From positions 88,181-152,180 of the forward strand of contig MU057448.1 of assembly GCA_013265495.1 (NCBI GenBank): DNA of 64,000 nt, read 5' to 3'. Source of the stretch: Vicugna vicugna (Eukaryota). The position numbers and the translations under genes are program-made. Positions 27,655 through 40,900 of the stretch are shown here, one piece after another. Positions within the stretch are counted from its first letter, which is position 1, and every line of letters begins with the position of its first letter. The notes below the pieces were generated by a model that saw only the letters and a program-made list of their open reading frames with translations, did not search any database and was not told where the DNA came from.

Positions 27655-30111
27655 AATTGGATGTTTATTCTCTTATCCATAATCTTGTTTTCTTCCAAAC
27701 AAGACCAAAGATCAGTGAATTTTAGGTTTTACCAAAAAAAAAAAAAACCCATAATAGTAAATGCATTGTATATCATCCCTTCTTCACTCCTATGTTTCAT
27801 TTTCCTTAGGCATAAATTATATACTCTGACATTCTAATGGTACACATAGCAGGAGCATAGTAATAGTGACAGCAGTAATAATATTAATACTACTACTACC
27901 AATTATAAACAATGAGTGATAGGTCTGTAACAAATAGGCTGTATTTGCAACAAAATATATGTATAAAAAAACTGCAAATCATGGTTTCATTCAATTTCAG
28001 GAAAATAAAATACAATGAAATTCCAACATTGAACTCCTTAGTCTGTGAAACATTAATATTTAGAAATCTGAATATTTACATTCAAGGAGTATGCAGGCAA
28101 ATACAATTTTAAAGTAATCAATTTGAGATTTCTGTACTTGCTCTAACCAAAGACTTTTTCTCACTATACAAAATAAAGACATATTCTTCACTCCTCAAGT
28201 CTTACTGTGCTCTATTGCCCTCGAGTATGAAAATTTCTGGGGCACCAAAGAGAACATTTTCTTTAATAACTAATCAATGCCTCTTAAATGCACACAGGTA
28301 GCTGTTTTTATGCCTTATAAATTTCTGTTAAAAATGAAGCACATAGGTGGAAATAGACTATCTTGACCAGTGACAAGGTATTTTGAATTTGGACATATGT
28401 GGCAAATTGCTGCAGCAGGTGTAATACTGATTCTTGCATAATAAATTCATCTCTTCCATTCCATGACTATTTTCCAATAATGCATCTCTCATGTGAGAGA
28501 GTTCCATGACCGCTAAACACCACTGTAAGAAATATTTCATTCAATAAATGGCTATCATCTCCCCCCATTTTTTAAAGTATTTTTTTCCAGCTAGTGTTAA
28601 AGCTAATTCCTAGGCTAGGTCATTAGCTGCAAAGAAAAGCACTATTCACCAGTTAAGGCAGAAAAGCTGACTAAAGCTAAATTCTGTCAAATATAATTGC
28701 ATAATTTTCTAGGACAATTAAAGTTTTTTGAGCTATATCAGTTAAAACCCATGGATACAACTTTTAAGGCGTTGCAGATTGGATGTATATTATTGAATAA
28801 GAAAATTAAAAGTACTTTTATCATTTTTATCTTGAAATCTTTTAATTAAAGGCAATCATCATCTTGTTTTTCTTTCTTATTAACAAAAACTAAAATTATG
28901 TCAAACCTGCCACATCCATTACTTTTTATGAAAGGAACTTTCATTGATATATAAGGATATTTTGATAATAATGTCTAATAAAATCAATGGAGTTTTTCCT
29001 GATTTTACACTAGATTCTTATTTATTTACACCAAAATGTGAAAAATGGAGTCCAATATATTTTCACAAACACACAAAGGTAATTTTACACTAGTGGTGCT
29101 TAATGTCAAGAATGCATTTATATGGATTCCTTGTCATCAATGGATGTCACCATGCATCTCAGGGGAATGGATGATGATGTGTTACTGGAAGTCCTACTTG
29201 CCAAAGAGCAGCCTCAGGGCAAGAAAATTAAAATAACCTTAGTTTCCATTGTTGACAACATGAGGTCTTCTGGAGTCTTCTGGATACCTGCTAAGCAGCT
29301 ACCATCACTTACAGCAAATTTATAATGAGGATACAACTTTTATCATCTCGTCTAATCTTTCTTTCTGATGTTCACTCTATTTATAATAACCTCTGACTTC
29401 CTGGAGAGCAAAATTACAAATTGGCTGTTTACCTAGCAGCCGCTACAGCATACACTGCCCCTTTACAGACAGGAGGTGCGGGGCCTTCCAATACATTCAC
29501 TACTCAGGAGTAGAGGGCAGACTGATGAGTACACCTTATTCCACGGCAGGTAACAATATAACTGCCACCACCAGAGAGTCTGGAATTATTCCCACATTCT
29601 CATTCTAACACTACTGCCAACACCACTCTTTTATGATGACTGAATTGCAAGAGGATTTCTGCAAAACATCTCAAAAGCTGTGATGGATTTAGAGTTACCT
29701 AAAATGGTCACAGTTTTGTCCAGACATCACCAGAGAAGCTCAACAAAGTGGATTTAGTGATGTTGACCATCAGAATGAAAAAAGATATATAATAACAATG
29801 ACTCTAGCTTACCCCTTTGTTTCAGACCCTAATGTTTGATTTTTCCCCAACAGCTAAACATGTTTAACTGTCCATTGTTTTGGTTTTGCTTTTTAACTGA
29901 TTCTGGGTCAAGTTTATGTTAACCAGTCTAAAGCCAAAATTTTCCAACCTGAATTTCAGACTTACTTAAATCAGCAACTAGATGAGGAAAGTGTCATGCA
30001 ATACTCTGCAGACAGCTTTGTAACTAGTCCATTTTTATGCTGAAAAATTTCAGGAGCTTATTCTTTTTCTTACAATATCATCTATCCAACTCATTAAAAT
30101 TTATACATCAC

Positions 30112-30360
30112 CGGGGGGTGGGAAGGGACTGGGATTTCAAAATATAGAATAGATAAACAAGATTGTACTGTGTAGCACAGGGAAATATATACAGGATCTT
30201 GTGGTGGCTCACAGGGAAAGAGAAAGTGACAATGAATGTATGTATGTTGATGTGTAACTGAAAAATTGTGCTCTACACTGGAATTTGACACAACATTGTA
30301 AAATGACTATAACTCAATAAAAAAAGTTTATATAAAAATAATTTAAAAAATAAAATAAAA
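30112..30360 (+). mobile_element. Short L1 3' end with imperfect TSD
   Basis: L1 3'UTR motifs, (taaaa)n tail; flanks taaaatttatacatcac / taaaatttataggtcac. Confidence 0.85.
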
Positions 30361-32504
30361 TAAAATTTATAGGTCACATTCAAATTACTAAAATCAAACC
30401 CTTAAACAAAAACTTATAGGTCACAGAACTGAGCATGCATTCTAGGACACCAGTCAATACCTCAATTTCTGCCACAAGATATGGTCTCATATTTTCACAT
30501 CCAAGTATCCAGAGGCCTCAATATTTTCTCAGCACCAACCTACATCCCACATCAACCACAGGGTTCTACGTGTGAATTCAGGTGATTACACAAAAGGAGC
30601 TGAATTTCATCATAAAGATTTTTGCCAGAAAAACTTCTCACAGGCTAGAATTCAGCCTCTGTTTACTAAAACTTCTGTGAACTACCACATATACTAACAA
30701 ACCTGGAAAAATTTAAACACGAGACAAAACAATCCAATAAATGGGTTTTGTATTCCATATGCCACACTTGATCTTCATGGAAAAACAAACAAAACTGGCC
30801 CACTTAGCAGCAGTTATATAGTAAGGAAATTCCCTGGTTAAAAGAATCCAGAAACACTTCTATAAAATTAGGTGGTACAGAGTCCATGTAAGTATGCAAG
30901 TATCTAGTACATAAATAAGTAAGCAAATTCAGCACCAATGCTAAATACATTTGTGGTTTATTTCTTATTGTTATCACTAGCCTACAGCTTGCTTAAGTGA
31001 TCACCTGCCAAAACCTCTCTTCTCTCAAATATTAAATAATTTCTGAGAGAAGTTATATTATACTAGTTTAAATCCCAAACATCTTTTAGAGTAACCATTT
31101 TATAACAAGTTAAATAAATGTAAAAAGAAAAGATATATCAAAGAAGGAAAGAGAAAGTATTTTGAAGTTGGTTTTGAGGATTCTGTTCCTTATGACAATT
31201 ATTAAAGGTCCACAGTATAATATAAAATTCTAAACTTTTCTTTCACTAATCAACTAGGATAAGCAAATTATGAAAAAGTTGTGGTGGCTGTGAATGCCGG
31301 GCAACGGTATTTGGAATTAACCAGTGGGCAATGGGAAAACATGGACTATTTTTGAGAAGAAAACTCTGATGACCTAAGCCAACCAAACTGTCTGCAACAC
31401 TGGAGATACACATGTATACAGTCTCTGCCTCCTCTTAGAAGCCCACCAGTCCTACTGGGTTAGAATCTCAACTTGATGGCCTCATTTAACCTTAACTTCA
31501 CCCTAAAAGCTCTGTCCCCCAGTACAGCCTCACTGTCAGCGAGGGCTTCAGTGGATGAAAGGTGGTGCTGGCAGGATGGGGGACATGCAGTTTTGTAGGC
31601 AGCTATAACTAGCAGGCCCAAGGGCTGCCACCTTGTACAAGTTCTTATGAGTTGGAGCAAACCACCTTCAAAATCATTCCCGTGACATTTGACTATATTC
31701 ATGGCCATTATGCATATGAATAAATTTTCATATTTTCCAGAAAGAAACAACAGCAAAATGCACAGCATCCTGTAACAATACACTTCTTCCTTCCCTGCCA
31801 GGCCTCACTCTTAGATCAAGTGTTGCGTTGTGTCCTGAATCAATCTGTTCAACTTAATAACCTGAGTTTACTACCAAGCTTTTCCACTTAGCCTTAAAAA
31901 GGTGGGGGAGGGGGGAACGAAGCTTCCATTCCTCCTCAGCTCACCTGCAGCTGAGCTGGAAGCTAAGTCATCTCGGGATTTCTACTTCAGAAACCAGCAC
32001 ACATGGAGTAGCTGACTAACTGCTCCCTTTGTATTAAGAAGTAAATTTCAGTTTGTGTGTAATAATACAGGGGGCTTCAATGTTCCTTTCTTCACAAATG
32101 TTTCTCCAGTTGTGTGAGATGCTAAAATTCAGTGAAAATCCTTTTGTGGTTTTTGTCATCGTTTTCCTAGTACATACGTTAGACACTTCTGTTCTCAAGG
32201 CTTGCAGCCAGATAAAGCCTTCACTATCATTTCTGATATTCACTAGAATGCTCAGTAAGTTATTTTCTACCAAACTATTAGTTTAGTTTTAGAACAGGAT
32301 CTAGATGCTAATATTAAGATAATAATACTAGTAGAGGCTCATGAAGAATTTGCACATGGGGACTGCACACAGCGCACCCCATCCTTAGACATCACTATCC
32401 TCAAGTTTAGTTAGTAAAGAACAGAGACAACAAAAGACACATTTTATTTAAGTCTACAGATGAAGATTACTGAAAACTTAGCAGTGAAAGGGTAGATACT
32501 TATA

Positions 32505-34300
32505 AGAGACAGAGAAGATGGCGGAGTAGAAGGACGCTGGTAAGTCACCCTCTCCCACAAATACACCAAGACCCACATCTACAGACCCACTCAGCCAACC
32601 AGAGCACCTGCGGAACTCCGACAGAACATCGCCCTCTTCAAAAGATAAAGACGCCAAAAATCTGGTAGGAAAAAAGGAAAAAATAAAGAACAAAAGGCAA
32701 AGCAGCGTGGGACGGGTCCCGCGGGGACGGAGCGGCAAAGGAGGACTGGCGCTCGCTCGCTGGGTCTACCCCCTCCAAGGGGGCCAGCGGGACGAAGGGG
32801 GAGCCTCCGAGGCTCGGATCTGTACAGAGCAGCCCTTGTCTGACAGAACTAAGTTAAACGGGCACAGAGCGTGCCCCCGACACCCAGCCTGAGACGCGGG
32901 CCGGCAGCGGCGGGCAGGGCCAGGTTGCACAACCCGGCGGAGGGCGGGGGCGGCTGCACGGAGGCAGCTCTGGGGGACTGCAAGAGGCTGGGCGCCATGA
33001 CTGTGGGTGTAAAGGGCAGAACAACCTGGGCCCTCCATAAAACTGCAAGATGTGCTCTCGAGGGTGCATACCCCATCTCTGAAAACCCGTGGAAACTTTT
33101 CAGGGGAAGAGAGGCGGGGCTCAGGCACAGCCGCCATATCCTCTGGCTCTGAGCACCCAGGCGGGGGCGGGGGTGAAACCTGCATCAGCACGGAAGGGCT
33201 CAGCAGCCTCAAAGGCCAGACTGAGACGGGCCTACAGCCCGGGGCAGATAGGATCCTTCCATCCTGGTCCCTCAGAGAACTTGCTCCACAAAGACAAACA
33301 AGGAGCTGGGTTTTGGCTCCGAGCAGGGACAAGGCTGTCCCTTGGTCTTCCGCGAGCCCACCCACGGAGCGCCGACCAGGGCGGAGCACGCAGTCGCACA
33401 GAGCAGTGGAGCTACCGGCGGTGTAGGGAGAGGAAGAGCGGCCCCCGCCTTTCGAGCAGGAACACAGCCCCTGATCGAGGTGCTGGGAGGGGGCACGACC
33501 CGCTCTCCTACCTGGCCAGTCTGCAACATCTGACTGCGGCATCCGGAGGGGCAGTGACCCGCCCGCCCGCAGCAGAGGATAGCTGCACCTGACCCCGTGT
33601 TAGGAGGAAGCGCGATCTGCTTGCCGACAGCTGCTGGGAGCAGCACAGAAGAGGGCGCCAATGGAGGGCCTCTGAAAACAACAAGCTGAGCTTCCAAAAC
33701 AGGACAAAGACAGAAAGACTTCACATTAAAAGCACACAGACTCCAGGAGAACACCGACACCCCCCCGTTTTTTTTTTAATCTGTTTTTACCTGTTCTATT
33801 TTCTATTACTCTCTTAATTTTTACTTCTTAATTCATTTCTTTTTCTCTTGGGTTTTGATTTCCTGTTACTGATTAGACACAGATTTCAAATACATCTATT
33901 CATCTACCCCCCATTTTTTTTAAAGGTTTTAAAAGGACGTCTCAACCCGATTAATACTCTGCTTCAACTTGCTCTTCTATTATTCATTATACACTGTTTT
34001 CAAACCCTCTTTCTGCCTTCTTTTAAAATTCTTTCTCTCTCTTATATTTTTTCTTTTTTTTCCTAAGTTCTATTCCTAAATAGGCATTAGATAGATAAAA
34101 TCCTTAAGATCCAAAATAGACAACTGATACTCCATAAACCACAGTGCCAGAGAGGTATGAGCAAGATGAAGCAGAGAAACCTTTCCCAATTAAAAGAACA
34201 AGAGAAATCCCCTGAAAGAAAGATCAATGAAATAGACATCGATAGCCTACTAGATCAAGATTTCAAAAAAGGAGTGATCAAATTGCTGAAGGAATTAAAA
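32505..34300 (+). mobile_element. L1 5' UTR (CpG-rich) plus start of ORF1, truncated at its 3' side
   Basis: Begins with an L1-type aagatggcggagtag start; GC-rich then T-rich 5'UTR; ORF1-like N-terminus from 34157 (MSKMKQRNLSQLKEQEKSPE...DFKKGVIKLLKELK); similarity ends ~34300. Confidence 0.85.
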
Positions 34301-34834
34301 GGGCAGATACTTATAGAACACTTCATCACCCCAGATCCCAAGTATCTGACCGAACACCCCTACCTTAGAAAAGGGGAAGCTTCCTAGGATCTTACAAATC
34401 CCACAACTCCCTGGGGCTCACCCTCTGGTATAAAGGTTAAGGGGGAGGAGAAGGGAGGGGTATCTGTCTTGTTAATAGATCATAATAAGGGACACATGAT
34501 AGAAATGGAAACTTGAGTCCTCTTCACCCTTCTCTTCCTGAGCCACTTAACATGAGATTCATCCCTAATTTCTACTGAGAAAATCTCAGAGTAAGCGACT
34601 GGATGTGAAGAAACACAGTCAGACCCTAGGAGAACCCCCTAGACCAGAAAGCATTACTGTGATACATTTTAAATATTTCCATGCTAACATCTGACTTTTT
34701 GTGATACAATGTCATGAGATTTATCATCTCACTCATGAAAGAACAGTGCCATCAGAAAACCTGGTGGCTCTGCAGAAAGAGGAGGAAAGAGGTGGAGGTG
34801 GAGGTGGTGGTGGGTACTTCAGAATAGGCTCATG

Positions 34835-35018
34835 AGTTAGCTGTCTGGGTTTAAACCCCTTTTTTGTTGCTTTTGGCAATTTACTTAGCCCCTCTGTGAG
34901 TTCCCTCACCTATAAAATGGGGCAAATAATGAGTATATGGCATGGTTGTTTGGCAATTAAGTGAAATAACATTTATAAGATATCTAGAACAGTGCTTGGC
35001 ATGTGGTAAGTGCTCAGT
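34835..35018 (+). mobile_element. MIR SINE
   Basis: ttccctcacctataaaatgggg...agaacagtgcttggcatgtggtaagtgctca. Confidence 0.7.
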
Positions 35019-36410
35019 GTTACAGGAGAGTCATTTGTGAAACTGTGCCCTGGGCTTTTGGGTAACTTCTTGGTTTAGTTTCAAGGGAGTGCATAATCTT
35101 GTTACCTTATTGAACTGAGGAGACAATTACTGGAATGAGTTTTTCCAGGTCAGTATATCTGAAAGTTTCCACATGGTACCTTGAAAGTCTGTACACAGAG
35201 ATGCCTATGTTAGAAGGATAATGTGTAAAATCTAGCGGATATGTATCTATCATTTCCACTGCCACATATATTTATCTTGATATTGACTTTACAGTTACAG
35301 TTTAGAAACATAATTTTGTCTCATGTGTTTCATAAAAATCTTCAAATACACATAGAGTAAAACTGGTGAAACAGAATGTAGCAAAAGACCATCTTTTGTA
35401 TCATATTTACACTCATGGTGCCCGAAGCTTTGTATCTAGACCTTTCAGGTGGGCTTCCTGAGAAATTATTTTCATTCCATAAACCCCACTGAAGGGTTGT
35501 AGCTTAACTAGCCCATGAATCGGTGGAGTCATAGGAATCCCTGCACATGAAGGGTCTCTGAGCTATGATTACATCCTAGGCCTACGTGAGTGTTACATGT
35601 GTGAATTAACCAACAGATACAGTCATGTGATGACAGAAGTCAAAAGAGAATAGGCAGAAAAAGTCAGAAAGCAGGTTCCCTGGTGACAATCACCTTCTGA
35701 CTCCTCAGAGGTACATGGGAAACATGACCTTCACCTACATAGAAGACGTCCTGGCCACCGGTCTGGGATTGACTGATTCATTGATTTTTAACGTGGGTTT
35801 AGTCTGTATGCTAACAGCTTTTCAGCTTTAACTAGAATCTAAGAGAAAATGGTATGGACAAAGTCTTAAGGAAGGAAACTCAAAATAACCTATGCTTTAA
35901 AAGCTAGGAAATCTTGAAAGTCAAGGTCAAACATGTATTGCAAATCTCTGTCTCTGTCAAAATGACAGCGTAACTATTGTTACAAATCATGTATCATGTA
36001 GCTTTGTTCAGTCCCTCCAATGCTTTTTGAAGCAAGACATGAATGAGTAATACATTAATTATAGTAATTATAAGAATTACATATCTAATAACAAATATTA
36101 GAATAAATGATTTAACAGTTCTCTGATCCCTACAATATAAACCATGGTCCGTTCTCAATTCTCATCATTCAGAAAATGCCTATTTGCTACCATCGAAGTA
36201 TTTTCAGGGCCTCCCTGCACCTGCCTGTGCTCAACACACACTGGGCACAGGCCTGTCTAACCACTCCCTGTGCTGTGCACAGAGGGTCATAGAGATGAAG
36301 GAGCCATGCTCTGCCTGGAGCAGTGAGAACTAGCATTTCACCATGAACACAGTGGCTCCATTACATTTAAGAAACAAACTAACAGAAGTCTTGTCTGGTT
36401 ATCTTCGCAG

Positions 36411-36557
36411 GTACAAATGGAACTTTAAAATCAAACTTGAAATCCCACTGAACAACATGTGGACTGGCAACTGCACAAACAAAGCAGGGGAAGCCATCAA
36501 TGCACTCAAGTCCTTCGTCTTGGGCTGGCCCACGGTGAACTTTGTGGCCACTTTTAA
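36411..36557 (+). CDS. ARHGAP20-like exon, PH domain (YKWNFKIKLEIPLNNMWTGNCTNKAGEAINALKSFVLGWPTVNFVATF)
   Basis: ttcgcag| acceptor, |gtaaga donor, 147 nt, phase 2-2; strong match to the ARHGAP20 PH segment. Confidence 0.92.
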
Positions 36558-37934
36558 GTAAGACCTATAGCTTGGTCCAATGACATGACTTAAAAAGGAA
36601 AACATTTTAACTAGATTCTATACTAAGTCAGTGACCCACTCTCCGACCTCCCATGATGACATCTGTATGCAGTGTAACGCACCCCTCCAAAAGGTTTTCA
36701 TGTTCAGTGGATGGTAAATAGGGGGATTGACTGGAGGACTTTTCTTTAGTTTTGACCCACGGTTTTTCAAGTGGGCCATAGGAGCTCCCGGGGAGCTGAA
36801 GCTCACATGTCCATGGTGTTCCTGTAAGTGGAAGGAGGATCATGAGGTCAAGTCTCCAAGGCCTTCTCTCTCAGCCTGCCCCCGATGCCCAGAGAGCATC
36901 TCTGTTTCTAAATCCCCAGAATATCTTTCTTGAGAAAGTACTATCAAGTAGTCCAATTACATTTGAAAAATTGCCTTTACACTCCCAAGTTAATTCCTTG
37001 AAAGACGGAATTTAATTATAGAAGTAAAATGAATCATCAAATATTAGTTGGTCCTAATTGCTGTGCACAGACTATCTTCTTTGGTGTCTATAGACATGTG
37101 ACCATCTTAAAACAAAGGTAAGATTCCATGGCATGCCGGTCAGCTTACCAAGACACATTCTTGGTTGGACTGAGGATGGGGAACGTGGCCATCCTGAGTC
37201 AGCACGTTTGCATTCACAGGGACATGCAACTTTCACATTTGCCACCTGGAACAACCACAGCCCCAAATCTCATTCTCCTTATGCACACTGAGTGTACATC
37301 ACATGCACTCAACTCTTCCGTATTGTCCTCCTCAACCCATGCTACCAAAATCTCACCTATTGTAAAGATAAGACAACTAAAATGTTACCATGCTGTTAAC
37401 TTATGAAATTCTAGACTGCAGCTGTGGACTTAAAGACAATTCCCAAAGCTTTTTGGGAAGAATCATACGTTTGTATCATTCTCTACATATTTTCTTTCAA
37501 TGAATTACTTCTCTAAAGATTAATAGTTGCTATTGTTTAATATCTTTCCCATGTTGCAGCTGGAAGGAAGCAGTTTCACTTGGGAATATACAAAGGTTTT
37601 GATAAGGGAGTATCCTAGAAACATTTTTTCTAGTGAGGGGGGAAATGCAGAAGTCAAGTTTACACATTATATTGGTTCAAAGGCGGCAAAAACACATATA
37701 AGGCAGTAACAGTGCCTGGCACCCAGTGCCTGGTTATTTGCTGTTTTACTCTTCTGAACACTGGCCTGAGTAATTACAAGCTGTGTCCACAGATGTACGC
37801 AGGGTTGGGAGATCAGTGGGCATTCTACTTTCCTGATGAATTGGATCCTGACATGGTGATGGGGAAGGCAGGAGCAGTGCTACTGGTAGGAAGAAAGAAC
37901 ATGGCAGCCCCTTTAGAACAGCCATGAGAAAAAA

Positions 37935-38250
37935 AAAAAACATACATCCACACAAAAATTTATACAGAAATATTCAGAGCAGCATTATCCATAGTAGCCA
38001 AGCAAAAACAAAAACAGTATAAACAACCTAAGTGTTTACCAACTGAGGAATGGATGAACAAAAGGTGGGGTGGAGGCTGATGATGGGAGTGGTATTGGTA
38101 GTCACTGCTTAATGGACACAAGTGTTTTTTTGCTTTTGGGTGATGAAAACATTCCAGAATGAGATCATAGCGATGGCTGCACAACATTGTTAATGTACTG
38201 AAGATCACAAAGGGGCAATCTGATGCTATGTGTCATTTACAAAAACAAAA
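37935..38250 (+). mobile_element. Old L1 3' fragments
   Basis: catccacacaaaaatttatacagaaatattcagagcagcattatccatagtagcc; tgggtgatgaaaacattc. Confidence 0.7.
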
Positions 38251-38931
38251 GCCTAGTAGGAGGTAAATCCATGTGGGAATGGATGTTAAAGCATTTCAGC
38301 TTTGGAGATTAAATGCTGCAGAGACTGTAGCAGAAACAACATGAATCTTTAATAATTTAGCAATAGACAGACTGGCCTTGATCAGAGGGTTATACTCACG
38401 AAGCACTAATTTAATCAATTACAATTGGCTAGATGCTCTACGCATAAAGGAATACAATATGGTAGGGTTTTTTTTTTCATAAAAAGATCCTCTTGTTTTG
38501 GGGACAAGAGCGTTCCAATCAAATGCCAATTCCTAAGAATGATTTGACTCAAATAGTACAGTTCTTTACCTGTAAATAGCCCCTCCAGCTGACGGAACAC
38601 TCTGTGGTATGATTGACCCTTTTTCAGTGTCAGAACTTGAAGCTTAAAGTGGGTAAGTGACTTGCCCACGGTGACACAGCTTGCATCATACAGAGCTGCA
38701 CTTAGGTGTTTACATTCCAAACCAACTGCTCTTCCACTTTAAGACCTACTTCCCAATGCTGTAACACTGCTTATAACAGAGCAGAGTCCATCACAAGCCC
38801 AGTTATGAGTGTAACACATGCAGCCCCATCAGTAACAGAACACTGATATATTTACCTGCAACAGTGTTTAACATGTTAGTACAAGTGTTTTATGTAGTTT
38901 AATTTCTTTCTCCTAATTTTTAATCTTGCAG

Positions 38932-38973
38932 TTCTTTAGAAAGAAGGGACAGATGGTGCACTTTCCTTGAGAG
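38932..38973 (+). CDS. ARHGAP20-like exon, PH C-terminal helix (SLERRDRWCTFLER)
   Basis: tcttgcag| acceptor, |gtactt donor, 42 nt, phase 2-2; conserved PH tryptophan. Confidence 0.85.
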
Positions 38974-39585
38974 GTACTTTGTCAGTACACGTATTGCACA
39001 TCTTTAATCCATGAGAAAAGAGCACAGATCCCTTCCAGGCAGGGCCCCCCCACTCTCCTTCCTCTCCTTGGTGGGAACTGTTAGATGGCCCTCAAACCCC
39101 TGGAGTTCTGCCCCTGATGCTCTTGTAACTGACACGCTCTCCCTCACATGCACGTTCTGCTTCTTTTTGCTCATTCTGGTTATCACTCTCCTCTTCCCCT
39201 TCTCTCCATCCTAATGCTTGGCGCTAACACGATTCTCAACATATGTACTCAATTCCCAGAAATGAAGCTTACATATTGCCCTGATTTTCAAAGCAACTGC
39301 GCCTTCCCCCCCTTAACCCAGGAAGGTACTGGGGCCCTCCGATCTAGACAGCAAAAGCTCTAAGGACTGGACCTGCTACCCAAATCTTACATGACAAGGC
39401 TACCTGCTCTTTTCTAGGTCATATCTTATTTTCCTGAAATATTTCTGCATCTTTTCTCCCAGCCCCTGATTGGATTCTGCTTAATCTATCCACATGCTTT
39501 TCAAAGTAACAAAGTATACTTAAAGGATTACCAACATACATTGACTTGAAACAAGCTAAGAGCTAATTCACTGACTCTGCTTTAG

Positions 39586-39667
39586 ATACATCGATCTGGC
39601 CAAGGAGGAGCAGCTGAAAAACATGCCCCTCAGGATCTTTTCCAAGGGCATCAAGAACTGTGCCTGT
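39586..39667 (+). CDS. ARHGAP20-like exon (YIDLAKEEQLKNMPLRIFSKGIKNCAC)
   Basis: ctttag| acceptor, |gtaagt donor, 82 nt, phase 2-0. Confidence 0.88.
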
Positions 39668-40722
39668 GTAAGTGTTTTCAGGACCAGTAACTTAAATTCC
39701 AGGTTCCTGACTTAGTAAAATGAAAGCGATAGAGAGACATAGAAAGAGAGCACGGGGGGATGGAAGGGAGAAGGGAAGAGAGGGGAGGGGGAGAAAGAGT
39801 GTTTAGAAAGCACTATGTGGGAACACGGATTTCCCTGGGAAAGTGTGTCCCTGCACATATAAAAGGTGAGCCCTAGGCAAGATGAAGTAAGGAGAACCCA
39901 CCACAGCGACAGCGCTTGAGCATGGAAAGAACAGTGTCTGTAAAGTGTCCGTACTATGTCTCTGGGTCCTTCTAACAGCAACTACACTGGCTGGCAATAC
40001 AGTGATTTTCACAAGCAGCTATTTCCTATTGGTGTTAAACATTGTCTTCTAACTCTACCACCACTTACATAATTGTAGGTTGGGTTGTGTGCAGTTTTTA
40101 TTTTTGCTGTGATGTAATATTTGGAATAATTGAAAACTTGCAGAAAAGTCACAAAAATGAAAACTGAGATCACCCAAGTGCCCTTTACCTAGACTCAACT
40201 ATTTAGTAAAGTTTTGCCTGATTTCTTGCTGTCCCCGCTATTACTCTCTGTACGTGTATATGTCTAAGTATTTCTGAGGATCATATACACACCATGGCCC
40301 GATATCCTTAAACACTAAGGATATTCTCTCATATACTCACCAGACAGCTATGACTTTCAGCAAATTTAACACTGACCATGTCCTGACTGTGTCATTAACT
40401 GAACCAGGTGTGATGTGCTGCGGACCAGCCCATGTGCCCTCTGGGGATTCTCAGCCTTTCTTTCGAGCTTAACCTGTTATATTTTGTGCACCACAAATCC
40501 TTTCAAAGAAACACTTGTTTTACTGAAATGCTGTTTACTACCTTCATGTTATAGAAACAAATGAAAGTCAGTTGTAATTAGGGGGCTGGGCTCTACATGT
40601 GCTGCACTGTGTCCCTGCCTGAATGCAAGCTTGGACTGTAGAATATGGATCATAATTTTACAGTATTTACTCACCTGTTTTAATTTTTTTTAATTTAGAG
40701 CAATGTTTCTCATTTTTTAAAG

Positions 40723-40800
40723 TCTATAACAATAAGAATACTGAATACACACACAGTGAATGATATCATCAACCTGTCACTGTCAAAACTAGGAATCACT
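40723..40800 (+). CDS. ARHGAP20-like exon, RA domain (SITIRILNTHTVNDIINLSLSKLGIT)
   Basis: ttttaaag| acceptor, |gtaagt donor, 78 nt, phase 0-0. Confidence 0.88.
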
Positions 40801-40854
40801 GTAAGTTACCTACAAGTTCTTTTTAGTTAGAAACCAACTTTTATTTCTGAGAGG

Positions 40855-40900
40855 GGTGTGTGTGTGTGTGTGTGCGCGCGCGCGCACACGCGTGTGTGTA
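40855..40900. repeat. (TG)n(CG)n alternating purine-pyrimidine tract
   Basis: Directly visible. Confidence 0.9.

Larger units (their letters stand above)
1291..29700 (-). pseudogene. Candidate decayed multi-exon gene remnant (unidentified; possibly CCDC162/DUF4549-related)
   Basis: Series of minus-strand segments with acceptor/donor-like edges and protein-like frames broken mostly by single stops: 28522-~28330, 24273-24231, 23814-23740, ~17260-17050, 11774-~11545, 10088-~9685, 1679-1291. Family resemblance is from memory only. Confidence 0.4.

Noticed and set aside
32478..33760. ORFs up to 258 aa
   Set aside because: They lie within the GC-rich L1 5'UTR
35617..36330. Candidates for the missing upstream ARHGAP20-like PH exon
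   Set aside because: No frame resembles the expected ...ERHLFLFND... segment
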